In this document: positions 1 to 12,184 of the stretch, piece by piece
How the letters are laid out: each line of letters begins with the position of its first letter
How positions within the stretch are numbered: position 1 is the first letter of the stretch
From: Octopus vulgaris
Lineage: Eukaryota
Reading direction: 5' to 3'
Length of the DNA stretch: 64,000 nt
NCBI GenBank assembly: GCA_951406725.2
Contig: OX597819.1
Coordinates: 135,036,001-135,100,000, forward strand
Notes under the pieces: generated by a model
Database searches by the model: none
Told to the model about the DNA's origin: nothing
Seen by the model: the letters and a program-made list of their open reading frames with translations, nothing else
Program-made: the position numbers and the translations under genes

Positions 1-149
1 GGATGGGAAAGAAAACCTGGCACCCAGGTAAATCTGCAGTTACCTCCCAATAGCCGTTCCACTTTTCATTTTTCTCAGGAATTTTCTTGATCTTCTTCTT
101 GAAACGGATCCGCTGACCTGGTCGCACGAAGGTAATGAAATCTCTAGAT

Positions 150-500
150 GGTACTTTTAACGATTTTTCCTCAGTGTTGTTGAGATGAATTTGGTTCTTT
201 ATAGCATTGAAGATAACCTTAAGAACCAAGTTGTGCCTCCATGTATACCTGTTCAATGCTAATGAACAGTTGGAAAGAATATGTTTTAGTGTACCGACCT
301 TTCCACATTTGCAAATGTCATTCTCTAAGACGTTCCATCTTACTAGATTCGTAGGTGATGGCAAAATTTTATAAGATGAACGAATCAGGAAACTCAGCCG
401 AGATGTCGTCCACTTCCACATCTCATCCCAACTTATCTTCCTCTCAACAACATGTTCTTCCCATCTCGTCATCTGACCTTGATGAACACATCGGATCAAA
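150..500 (-). mobile_element. Hero-clade-like (RLE-type) non-LTR retrotransposon fragment, post-RT and CCHC region
   Basis: Minus-strand translation QGQMTRWEEHVVERKISWDEMWKW..RLSFLIRSSYKILPSPTNLVRW..CKCGKVGTLKHILSNCSLALNRYTWRHNLVL contains the LPSPxNLxRW, CxC..H..C and RYxWRH motifs of Hero/NeSL-type elements. Ends approximate. Confidence 0.8.
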
Positions 501-1069
501 TGAAGCTCTCTTCTCTCTGCTTCTCTTGTTTTGACGCTGTTGCTAACAACAGATCTGCGTTCACACGGCATCATGCTTGCAAACGGTCTGAACTGATCTG
601 CGCCAAAACCAAATCCTTTCCGATGGTTCTGCGTTACTCCCACCATATCTCTGTGTATTAGAGAAGACAAGATGTCGTCAGTTTCTGCTTCTGCTTTCCA
701 ATATTTGCAAATTTAATTCCTGATGTGTGTAATTTTTCAGTATGTTACATCTAATTTTCTTTTGAATCCTTTACTTGTCTAATAGTGCTCACTTGTTCAG
801 TAAATTTAGGGCATAACTACAGAATTGTGCCTCCAAAAAGTTCTTTCCTCATAACTTTCTGAAAAATAGATATTTATTTATGATAGTTTTTACAAATATA
901 TTTCAGATGATGTAGATCACTATTATATGAGAATATGCGGTGAAACCATTTTGGAAGAGACTGGCTTGGCTGGCTTTATGCTCTTGCTTGATGGTTCTTG
1001 GGTCATTCCAAGTTAGTGGTTCCAGAGGTGTCATCATATGTTGAGCCAACCAGGTCCACCAATGCTTTC

Positions 1070-1460
1070 CATTGCTAGAAGCCTTGTGCCAGCCCCTCTG
1101 CATCCTCCAAGGTGACTTTGAGCCTCTGGATATCTTCTCCAATCACATCCAGCCATCTGGGGCAGGGTCTGCCATGAAGCCTCTTCCTGCCTGAAATTGT
1201 AAAGTTCTGGTAGGATGATCTACCAGGAGATAAAGAACATATCCATACTGGCACGTGCAATGGACAGCTATGAGGTGGGAGGCTGCAGGATGGTGTGTGC
1301 ACACATGCAGTTCCTTATTGGAAATATAGTGGTACCATCTGATGTCCTTGATGATTCTCAGTCCCCACCCCGCCCCTACTGAAGCATTCAATCCTCTTTG
1401 CCAGGGTCTTCTGCGCCATAGAGGAGAATGGAGAGGACCAATGCATTGTAGATGCAGTGA
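1070..1460 (-). mobile_element. Degenerate RTE-type LINE C-terminal fragment (family distinct from the main RTE)
   Basis: LRIIKDIRWYHYISNKEL..QYGYVL..GRPCPRWLDVIGEDI across frameshifts, resembling the RTE C-terminus (WxGHVxR..GRPxxRW). Confidence 0.6.
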
Positions 1461-1829
1461 TGCCAGAAGGGCTTTGATATGGAGTACACACCCCCAGCAG
1501 CCAGAAATTTAAGATAATTTACACATCTCAATTTTGTTTCCTCATAGCTTTCAGAAAAACGAGTATTTTTTATGGAAATTTTCTATATATAATTTTCAGG
1601 TTCCTATATAAATAGAAATTTAATGTGTAAGAAATATGGTGGGAAACATATTTCATGCATCTTAATTTTGTTTCCTTGTTTTTATGATTCAATTATAACT
1701 ATACTGAAAAGAAATTACTTTTGAAACCCATGTGATCGCTGTTATTTCTAGCATACTAAATGATCATGTATAGGATAGTCAGGTGAGTATAGAGGATGTG
1801 GATTTTTTTTCTTTAGTTTGTTTTCAAGA

Positions 1830-2510
1830 GTGAGGCCATGCATTGACAAGCTGGAGAATAACACCTTTTCTGGCCACTTTCAACACAATTTTTCATTTAC
1901 ACGATCAAGTTGTTGGCAACAGACATCTGCATTGTTGTTCTTTCCATGTTCTGGTAGCTCATAATGGACAATACTCTTCATGTTCCACCAAATATAAAGC
2001 AAGGGTTTTTGTGGATGGAGTTCTGGTTTTCTTACTGGCACTGGCCTCTCATTACATGATAATCATTGTCTTTTTTATTTTCTGTTGTGATGCAAAACCC
2101 ATAAAAAATGACAGGTTGTTATTCCTGGTTAAAAGACTGCTGCAAATGGTGGAAGATAATGTTCAGTATAAGCTTATGTAGAACCCAAATTCCCCCATTG
2201 CATGTTTTCCCAATTTGCTTGACATGCTTTGTTGATAGTTGAACATGATACATTAAATATATTTGCACCAAATCTCAGATACTTTGATGTAGATCTGATA
2301 CAAGTCTCATCATTCACAATGGGCTGTCTTCGGGAGCAAGGCTTGTCAGGTATGTCACAATTGCCATCTTTAAACCTTTTAAACTACATCTGATATGTAC
2401 AAACTTTCAAAGCATCCAAATACACTTCACAAATGTTTTTCCCTGCTTCTCTAGCAATACTTTTCTTTCAAAACTCATACAGTAAGCAATGACAGTAAGC
2501 ATGAGGTTAG
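1830..2510 (-). mobile_element. Mariner transposase relic
   Basis: Minus strand with stops and frameshifts: LLYEF..AREAGKNICEVY..FKRFKDGN (HTH), GIWVLHKL (WVPHEL), KPELHPQKPLLYIWWNMKSIVHYEL..CQQLDRVNE..KGVILQLVNAWPH (HDNARPH). Confidence 0.85.
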
Positions 2511-2866
2511 TTACCAAAATAACTATGAAAGACACTGCTGGATAGAAGAGATGATGTACTATTTCTAGACAGTTCCTGCTCATTCAACCATTACTTTGAC
2601 ATGTCTGGTTGATTCATATTTCATAGTGGTGAAAAATCGCTATTACTTTCCAAATACCCTAATATTAAAATTGGAATTTGTAAAAGGTTTTCAGACAGTC
2701 TAGGCTTAAATAATTGCATTCTTTTAGTAGAAGATGCATAATTCCAACTACTTAAAAAGCAGCTTTCTCCATAATAGTATAAATCTAGACTTTCAGAATT
2801 TTAGAAGAAAATTAAGAGTGAAAAAAATTAAAGAATATTTTTTAAAAAATGAAAAAGCACAAGTAT

Positions 2867-3128
2867 GAAAAGAGATAACATGGAGGAAAAGAGATAACAT
2901 GGAGGAAAAGAGACAACATGGAGGAAAAGAGACAACATGGAGGAAAAGAGATAACATGGAGGAAAAGAGACAACATGGAGGAAAAGAGACAACATGGAGG
3001 AAAAGAGATAACATGGAGGAAAAGAGACAACATGGAGGAAAAGAGACAACATGGAGGAAAAGAGATAACATGGAGGAAAAGAGATAACATGGAGGAAAAG
3101 AGACAACATGGAGGAAAAGAGATAACAT
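2867..3128. repeat. 19-bp minisatellite, about 14 copies of GAAAAGAGA(T/C)AACATGGAG
   Basis: Directly visible. The single variable site reads T,T,C,C,T,C,C,T,C,C,T,T,C,T. Confidence 0.97.
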
Positions 3129-5449
3129 TTCAGGTGATTTGCTTTTTCTGCAGAGAAAGAGAAAAAGTTGACTGAGAAACAAAAATGTGTTTTTCCAGAA
3201 ATCATACAAAATTAATGGCAAAAATGAAAATTATAAAAGTAACTGGCATGTGACAGTGAAAACTGCGTCATAGATCAGAAAATCACAGACAATAAAATAA
3301 AAGAGAGAGTAGCCTTAAGGAATTGAAGTTGTGAACAAGTTTTAAGAGGTATCTGGCAGTGGAGAATATCAGACTCCTGACATCGCTGCTCTTTGCAGAG
3401 ACAATCTATATATATAAAACAGGAACTCTGTGTGTGTGTGCAAGTTTGAAAGTTTATAACTCGAGTTCCACCCAACTAATTCAACTGAAATTTCAGACAT
3501 GCATTTGGTATGTTCCGAGGAATGTTTTAGTCATAACAACTGCTTCGATCAATGTTCGGTTTTTGTAAAAATTCAGTCAATAATTATCGATTTTTTTCAA
3601 AAAGTTGTCCGATTTCAACCAAACTCAGTCAAAAGTCCCTCTGCCTATTTTTCTCAATGAGAGGTGGTACTTTATGAATGTGTTCCAACGGCATGAGGTG
3701 AAATGGGAAGGAGCATTTCCAGTTTGACCCAAAGAGTTTCATGGTGTCATGGTACTCAGCGGATGACCGGAAGACTGAAACTGAACTACAGAAGCACAAT
3801 GAAGCAGCTTACCACTTAATCAATGTATTCATTGGTCCAACATTTGATGTGACACCTGATTATTCAGATTTATTTATGCTAGGGATCCACTATAACAACA
3901 ATTTCTTTACTCATACGCATATCACCTGCTCACACACACAATGACGGACACTTGACTTTGTTATGATCACCATTTTTTATTCTCATACTTTGTCAGTACC
4001 TACCTGCAACCTCACTTTGACTTTGCCATTGCCACTCTGTTCTTGTAAACTTGCTTTTATGACCTCATAATGTTTGCTTGAAAAGTCCTCACTCTCCTAC
4101 ATAAGCTCACTTCCTGCTGACGTGGACTTACAATCAGTCATATCTTCTTGTGGGTCTCTTAGGTGGATTGACACAGCCATCAAACCATCATCTTCAACCA
4201 TAAATACCCTGCTCTATTTTGCACTCAACGTAAGTTCCAATTTCCACCAGCCCCGGAAATCCTTCATTTTTACAGTTTGTCGCTCCTTATTTGTGCTCCG
4301 ACACCCTACACCCCCACTTCCTGCTGCCATTTGTAACCGTGCCTTTTTACCCCTCACGTCGAGACCTAAATTTAACCCATCCCCTCCGACTTACACACAA
4401 TAGCCTATGCCGATTTTCCGCACTGACACAGGTTTTGCAATCATGCTTCAAATCGCTATCAGACCCCCACCAGACGTCAGACATCTTGAATTACCTCCAC
4501 GCATTGTCTGTCTCCTACCACAACCCCGCTCCAAGGGAACCACCTATTCTTCTGCCTCAGCTCAAGGCAACTCTTCTCCATAGTGTTTGGACACTTGGTA
4601 AGTACTTGACCATTACTTGCAAAGCAACAACTAGGTACCATTCCTTACTAACACACCAACAATTCCGCTTACCTCTTCCCACTTTCATCCTCTTACAATG
4701 GGATAGTGTTGCATCATACGTTTATTCTCGTGTTTTCGTGAGCGATGACTGCATCTTACTTAAAAACCCCTTTTGGTTTCACTAACACCAGTCACAATCC
4801 TGATCCAACGTTTTCACCGCAACCTCTCCTCTAAAAGCTATCCCTCCCTCCTTTAATCCAGCTGCAGTTGGTAAGCCACAAAATTGTTATTACATCTCCT
4901 CTTGTTCCTTGCCATTTCACCTCATGCTGTTGGAACACAGTCATAAAGTACCACCTCTCATTGAGAAAAATAGGCAGAGGGACTTTCGACAAACGCCTCT
5001 ACCTCACGAATCGATAAGCAACATTATCTCAGGCTTCACAGTACGGCTGCTAGACATTATCTGTCGACAATTCACATTCACATATTTATTCCAGTGTAGA
5101 ACAAAATATGATTGACATCCACTTACGAATGGAGATAGTGGAAAACATGTTAATCGCCCGTTTGAGAAATGATTTGATTCGTTGCCGGCTCCCATTGCAA
5201 CACAGCTTACCGTACAGCTACTAAACCACCTTATGGATACCTCTCCATTAAGACATGCTTATGGCTTCATACCTGCCTACCTATTTCATAAAAACTTACA
5301 TATCCAGTCAGCCGGTTGCTTTTATCCTTCTGACTGGGTCTAAGTGTTCCGCAACCTCTCTTTTTAGGTCATGCCATGATGGAAGAAGTTCACTATTGGC
5401 CGAAATACTGCTAAAGCAGAAGAATCAAGACAAAATGGAGCTTCAGAAT

Positions 5450-8400
5450 CGTCGTTGGAGACTACCATCCATTGGTTACAAGCTGCTGAACGTGCAACTG
5501 CCAGAAGAGCTCTCAAAACAGATGACCAGCGAAATGCTCGCTTGACCCCTATTGCCATCTGATCTGTGACTGCTGCTGATGCTGCAAAAACTGAAGACCA
5601 ATGTAGAACTCGCCAAACCGCAAATGCTCCTTCAATGGCAGTTGCTCAAGCTTCAGAGACAGAGGACCAGTGAAGAAGCCGCTGACCTGCTAACGCCACA
5701 TCTACAGCTGCTGCAAGAGATTCTGAAACAAGTCCCCAGCGGAAATGTTGCCAAGCCGCTAATGCCATGTGCATCTCAGCCGCACCTGCAGAGGAGAATG
5801 AGGAACAGCACCATAGACGTCGGACAACGGATGCTGCAAGCACTGCTGCAGCTTGATCTTCCCAAACATTACAAGACTATGATAATCACCTTCAGAATGA
5901 TGCCAGACAGCAAGCCCTTAGGAAAAATACCTCCCAAGATTATCTCTGCCGAGATTCCAAACCCATCTACTGACAGATATCTCTTTGAAATAGTCAAGGC
6001 GACCATGATCCACAGGCCATGTGGGCGTGGATTCAGTTTAGGCTCCCCTTGCTTGAGCAACAATATCTGCTGCAAGAAGTTTCCAAAAAAATTTTTGAAG
6101 GAAACACAAACTAGCATTGATGGACACCCTCTGTACAGACAGTGCCAACCTGCAGACGGTGCCTTTACCATGAAAATTGGACAACATGAGGTTGACAACA
6201 GATGGGTTGTACCGTATTCACCACTTCTTTCAAAGACATTTGGTGCCTACATCAATGTGGAGTTTTGCCATTCCATCAAGTATATCTGAAAATATGTCAA
6301 CAAGGGCTCAGATGCCACTATGTTCAGTCTACAGCTGGAAAACTGCCTTGATGAGGCCTTACAATACCTAGTTGGCTGTTATATTGGCAGTAACGAAGAC
6401 TTCTGGCATATTTTTGGCTTTCCAAAACACCAAAGGCACCCACCCATCAAGCAACTCGCAGTTCACCAGGAGAATGGTCAAAGGGGTTACTTTACCGAAG
6501 CGACTGCTGCCAGAATGGTTGAAGAGCCTCAACAAACTACTCTCACTGCATTCTTTGCTCTGGGCCGGAACAAGCCATTTGCAAAATCTGCTTTATCCTC
6601 AGATTCCATCCTACTACACATGGACTAAGCAACAATGGGTGCGCAGAAAGCCAGGCCAGCCAGTTGACGGACAACCTGGAGTAAAGTTTGACAGCTGTCT
6701 TGGGAGAGTTTACACGGTGCATCCAAGCCAACATGAGTGCTTTTATCTTTGCCTTCTGTTACATGAGATACGTGGGCCCCGGTCGTTTGATGACTTAAAG
6801 ACTGTCAGTGGCTGTTTGCAGCACTTACAGGGAAGCATGCCTCAAGCGCAGTTTGCTGGAAGACGATGCGCAATGGGAGGCTACGTTATTTGATGCTGTT
6901 GGATCCAAGACACCTAAGCATCTACAAGCTGTATTTGATGCAAATTTGTGAACTGAACAACCCTTTGTCTTTGTGACTCAAATTTAAAGACGACTTATTG
7001 GAGGACTTCATACATCAGGCGAAGTTGCTTTTTCCTGGGATAGAAAGTATAAGTGATGAGGTATACAATCAAGTCTTGATCTACACTGAAAATACAGTTG
7101 CATCACTTGGTGGGAATGACTTGCCCTCATACTGTCTGCCTAAACTGCTGCGTTCAGAATCAAATTTACTTTGTAGTGATACTGCTGTGTAAGGTTCAGC
7201 ACACATGCACAGAATGGGATTACTTCCGGTTGGCCACCGGAAGTCCTCCCCATGCGCATGTGCAGGAAACTGACCCCTAAAACGCGGTCCACTCACTCAG
7301 CCTCTCTGGCCCTAGCAGCCCTCGTGAACGGACGTGTACTGGCAGTCTCTGAAGACTTCACACCAACCAAGCAGCGAACCACAACGAATCATTTCGACCA
7401 ACAAACAAGAATCAGTACTACAGATTCGGCTGTCGGTTTCCCTCCAGAGAACACGTACACCAGTTCTACATTACGACGAGAAATAAACAACATTTTGCTG
7501 TGTTCGTAGATCGCCTGACTTGTCTGTTATTTTAACTAAAATTGAATGTGACGGGATCAGGTCGGACACCCCTCCAGTGATACCGAATCCAGATCCTGTT
7601 ACAACTTCCTACATCTCTTTTGCAAGAGACATCCTATGGCACAGATGCTCTTGCTAATTTCGTCCTAGAAACTGAACCAAAGCTTTTTCCACATCAACAG
7701 CATGTTTATACTATTGTGACTGATCATGTGCGCCACAGGAAATGTGGTTTGTTTTTTCTTGATGCTCCAGGAGGTACAGGCAAAACCTTTCTAATGAAGC
7801 TCATCTTAGCAAAGGTCAGGATGCAAAGGAGTATTGCGGTTGAGGTCGCATCTTCAGGGATTGCTGCAACTTTGCTGCCTGGTGGAAGAACTGCACACTC
7901 CACCTTTAAGTTGCCCCTCAATTTAACTAAGTCGGAAACACCTACCTGCAATATAAGCAAGAACTCTGACCAGGGCCAAGTGCTGAAATGCTGTCAGCTT
8001 ATTGTGTGGGACGAGTGTACTATGGCCCACAAGGGAGCCTTCAACACATTAAACAGAATATTAGGGGTTGCAAAGCCCCCATGGGAGGAGTTACACTTTT
8101 GCTTTCAGGTGACTTTAGGCAAACTCTTCCTGTTATCCCCAAAGGCACGTGAGCAGATGAGGTTCAAGCATGCCTTAAGTCGTCTCTGCACTGCGTCATG
8201 TCAGGTCACTGCCCCTGACAATCAACATGAGGGCTCAATTGCTCGGCAACCAAACGTTGGTTAACTTCACGAGTGACATTCTGAAACTTGGTGATGGTAA
8301 AGTGCCACTTGACACTGATGGGGAACTGGATGGCCACCCGTTCATAACTCCCGTTTTATCTTTGGCTGAACTCACCAATAAAGTGTTTCTCCATTTAAAA

Positions 8401-9000
8401 GATAATTATCTCAATCATGAATGGCTATCTGAAAGAGCAGCGCTGGCACCGCAAAACGTGACCGTTACAAAATTCAATGATCAACTGAGTCACTTCCTGG
8501 TGCTCCTTTCACATACAAATCTGTAGACACGATGGTAGGTGCAAATGAATCAGTGAATTTCCCAACGGAGTTCCTCAACTTTTTAGACCCTCCAGGCCCA
8601 ACAGTACACCTGCGCTGCCTTAAAGTTGGAACACCGGTTATGCTTCTGTGAAACTTGGAGTACCCCCCAGACTGTGCAATGGTTATAAAAAAAATTGATG
8701 AAGCATGTTGTCGAGGCAACTATCTTATCCGGATGCAGAAAAGGTGAGGATGTATTCATTCCCAGGATTCCCCTTGCTCCCTTGGGAGCAGACATACCTT
8801 TCACCTTCAGAAGACTGCAATTCCTGTTCCAGCCCAGCTTTACCATGTCTGCCGACAAGTCCCAGGGCCAGACTTCTCTTGAAAGAGCCTTGCTTTTCCC
8901 ACGGCCAGCTGTACGTTGCATGCTCCAGTAGTAGAGGCAGACTGTTTGCATTAACACGTCGGGAGAAGACAAGAAACATTGCCTACAACAAAGGGCTACG
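5450..9000 (+). pseudogene. Helitron Rep/PIF1-family helicase pseudogene
   Basis: N-terminal ET(E/P)xQRxxR-type repeats; Rep C-terminal IISAEIP..MIHRPCG..DNRWVVPYSPLLSKTF..INVEFC..KYI*KYVNKG; GRVYTVHP..FYLCLLL; Walker A FFLDAPGGTGKTF; ASSGIAATLLPGGRTAHS; Walker B VWDECTM; KSQGQT; HGQLYVACS. Many stops and frameshifts; the HUH-motif region appears deleted. Confidence 0.95.
7172..7603 (+). mobile_element. Solo LTR (432 bp, Gypsy-like) inserted in the Helitron ORF
   Basis: TGTAG...GTTACA termini with 4-bp TSD ACTT (7168-7171 and 7604-7607); AATAAA near 7482; removing it restores the frame SESNLL|PTSLLQETSY. Confidence 0.88.
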
Positions 9001-9196
9001 TATTTGCCAAGGCTGAAGTGGGTACGTTATTGCTATGCACGCATATAACGAGGTATGCTCAAATATTTTACTATTTTTTCCCATATCAGACAGAAGCATC
9101 AGAAAAGGGCGCCAGCCTCATGACATTCTGTGAGTTTATGGAAGGTGTTCATGTGGTGCTCCTACGATGGCAAAGAGGTGGCGATTTGTTGCAGTT

Positions 9197-11570
9197 CATC
9201 ATCATCATCATTTAACGTCCACTTCCATGCTGGCATGGGTTGGACGAATCAGATGGCTGCACCAGGGTCCAATCTGATCTGGCAGAGTTTCTACTGCTGG
9301 ATGCCCTTCCTAATGCCAACCACTGCTTTTACGTGCCACTGGCACAGGGGCCAGTCAGGTGGTACTGGCAACGGCCACACTCAAATGGTGCTTTTTACGT
9401 GCAACCTGCACAGGAGCCAGTCCAACGGCAATGACAACAACTTCACTCGAATGTTTTTTCAAGTATCACCAGCACAAGTGCTAGTAAGATGACGCTGATA
9501 ACGATCACACTCAAATGGTACTTTTTACGTGCCACCTGCATGGAAGCCAATCAGCTGCTCTGGCAATGATCATGCTCGGATGGTGCTCTTAGCACTCCAC
9601 TAGCACTGATGCCAGTCATCGAATTTGATTTTGATTTCAATTTCACTTGCCTCAACAGGTCTTTCCAAGCAGAGTTTAGTGTCCAATGAAGGAAAGGTAT
9701 GCATAAGTGGGTTGGTTACACCACTGGCGTAGGCCACGGGTTATGGTCTCACTTGGCTTGCCAGGTCTTCTCATGCACTGCATATTTCCAAAGGTCCCGG
9801 TCACTTGTCATTGCCTCGGTGAGGCCTAATGTTCGAAGGTTGTGCTTCATCACCTCGTCCCAGGTCTTCCTGGGTCAACCTCTTCCACAGGTTCCATCAA
9901 CCGCTAGGGTGTGCTACTTTTTCACACAGCTATCCTCATCCATTCTTGCCACATGAACATACCAGCACAGTCATCTCTTGCACACCACATCTGATGCTTC
10001 TTAGGTCCAACTTTTCTCTCAAGGTACTTAAACTCTATCGAGTATGCACAGACATTACACATCCATCGGAGCATACTGGCTTCATTCCTTGTGAGCTTAC
10101 GCATGTCCTCAGCAGTCACAGCCCATGTTTCACTGCCATGTAGCATGGCTGTTCGTACATGTGTCATACAGTCTACCTGTTACTCTGAACGAGAGGCCCT
10201 TTGTCCCCAGCAGAGGTAAGAGCTCTCTGAACTTTGCCCAAGCTATTCTTATTCTAGCAGTTACACTTTCAGCACACCTACCTCTGCTACTGACTTGGTC
10301 ACCTAGATAATGGAAGCTATCAACTACTTCTAGTTTTTCTCCCTGAAATGTGGTGGAAGTTGGTCTCTGTACATTTTCAGTGTTTGTTGCTCCTGAGCAT
10401 CTTCCACATACAAAAACTCTCTTCCCAGTTAGCCTTCCTTTGATATTGCTGCACCTCTTATGTGTCCATAGCTTACACTGGGTACATCACCTATGCCTTT
10501 TCTACAGATCAAGCAGGGCCATCTACCTGAAGAGATTTGTGGTTTGTCTGCCTTCCTACTTATTAGGACTTAGGTTTTAGCTAGGATGACTCTAAGGCCC
10601 TTCGATTATAATCCTTGCTTCCACACCTGAAACTTCTTTAGTTCTGATAGTGACTCAGCAATTAGAGCAAGGTCGTCAGCATAGAGGAGCTCCCAGGGGT
10701 ATCTTGTCTTGAATTCCTATGATAAATAGGAGGGGGGTGAGGACTGAACCTTGGCGGACCCTTACCTCTGCCCAAAATTCTTCACTGTACTCGTTGCCAA
10801 CCCTCACCTTACTGACAGTGTCCCTGTACATGGCTTGCACAGCTCTCACTAACCATTCATCTATCTCTAGTTTCCTCATTGACCACCACATAATGGATCA
10901 GGGGGACCCTGTCAAAGGCTTTCTCCATGTCAACGAAAGCTAGGTACAGGGGCTTATCTTTGGCTAGGTATTTCTCCTGCAGCTGTCTCACCAGAAATAT
11001 GGCATCAGTGGTGCTTTTCCCTGGCACGAAACCAAACTGCATCTCATCCAAGCTGACTCTCTCCCTAATCAGTTGGGCTATGACCCTCTCCATAACCTTC
11101 ATTACCTGATCCAACAGCTTGATACCTCTATAATTATTTGTATCTAAAGTGTCACCTTTACCTTTGCAGTGGTTGACTATTATGCTGCTACACCAGTCAT
11201 TGGGTATGACCCCTTCCTGTATCACCTGGTTAACTATATAGGCGACTAGGCTATAGCTGACACTGCCAGATATTTTGATCATCTCTGCAGTGATTCCTGA
11301 TGGGCCGGTAGCTTTCCGTGTCTTCATACTCTTAATTGCTTTATCTACCAAGGCACTGTCAATTCGGATAGCTTGTCCCTCTGTTGGGTCGACATTTGGC
11401 AGACTCTCTTTCTCCTATTCATTCTCTTTATAGAGCAACTGTTCATAGTGGGTCTCCAAACCTCTCTCTTTGCAACCTTGTTTAGTGCAAGTGAATCATC
11501 ATCCATGCGGACACACTTCTCTCCTACCACAGCACGATTCTCTCTCACACTGTCTTGCAACACGAAACAC
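9197..11570 (-). mobile_element. RTE-clade LINE, 5'-truncated (RT, C-terminus, modular 3' UTR, (GAT)n tail)
   Basis: NYRGIKLL..QFGFVPGKSTTDAIF..AFVDMEKAFDRV, VRQGSVLTPLLF, LYADDL, AMLHGSETW; (CAT)n on + at 9197-9211. Confidence 0.95.
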
Positions 11571-12051
11571 CTCAAGTCTTTTGCAGCTGCATGATAATAA
11601 TGCAAAGAAACAATGTTGTCAAACAGCTGCTACAAATGGAGTAAAATTTTAATATGGTGAGCTCCTGTCTGAATTAAGTGTAAGGAATGCTGATAATTCA
11701 ATGCAATGGCCACAGTGGTATAAGAGTCATCTCTTTTTTCAAACTTGTCTCCAAGCTTTAAGTCAAAGGCAGTCTACTTTATCAGAGATGATCAGGACTT
11801 CATTACAAATGGAAATTTGCCATTCATTCTCATCAAAAAGCATAACTGAATAAAGCATATACCCTATAGCAAGTCCAAGTGATAAGGTATCTGCTCATTA
11901 ACACAAGAAGTAAATGTATATAAATTACACATAGTCAAACAATATATAGAACTAGATGCTTAAATATACTGTCCTCCAATTTTCCTTTGAAAAGTACCTA
12001 CCACCAGGGCCACAGGAGGAGTCTGATAGTATATAGCTTTTGTGACATTTT

Positions 12052-12184
12052 TTCGATAGAACTCGACAAAATCAAAACACTTCACTTCGGGTATTTCCGT
12101 GGAAGCAAATGACAATCCGATTCTGTTTTCTGCTTGGAAATTTGCAGATTTTACATAGACACATGAAACAGGTAAGAACAAATA
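12052..12184. repeat. Dispersed repeat segment shared with the interior of the MITE at 30294-30861
   Basis: About 133 bp near-identical to 30370-30502 (TTCGATAGAACTCGACAAAATCAAAACAC...CAGGTAAGAACAAATA), same orientation. Confidence 0.85.

Larger units (their letters stand above)
3405..9010 (+). mobile_element. Decayed autonomous Helitron (RepHel)
   Basis: Candidate 5' end A|TCTATATATATAAAA at 3405; RepHel remnants from about 5450 to 9000; no 3' hairpin-CTRR end found. Linking the 5' end to the ORF is an inference. Confidence 0.75.

Noticed and set aside
2793-3221. Overlapping ORFs of 62-142 aa
   Set aside because: Translations of the 19-bp minisatellite.
7172-7613. Alternative LTR end at CTACA (7613) giving a perfect TGTAG/CTACA inverted repeat
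   Set aside because: No TSD at that boundary; the 7603 end gives the ACTT duplication and restores the host frame.
7620-8931. Host PIF1 helicase gene
   Set aside because: Intronless, full of stops and frameshifts, and fused to Helitron Rep motifs.
9310-9620. RTE 3' UTR modules read as a CRISPR repeat-spacer array
   Set aside because: The apparent spacers are homologous to each other and the array is a fixed part of a LINE 3' UTR in a eukaryotic context.
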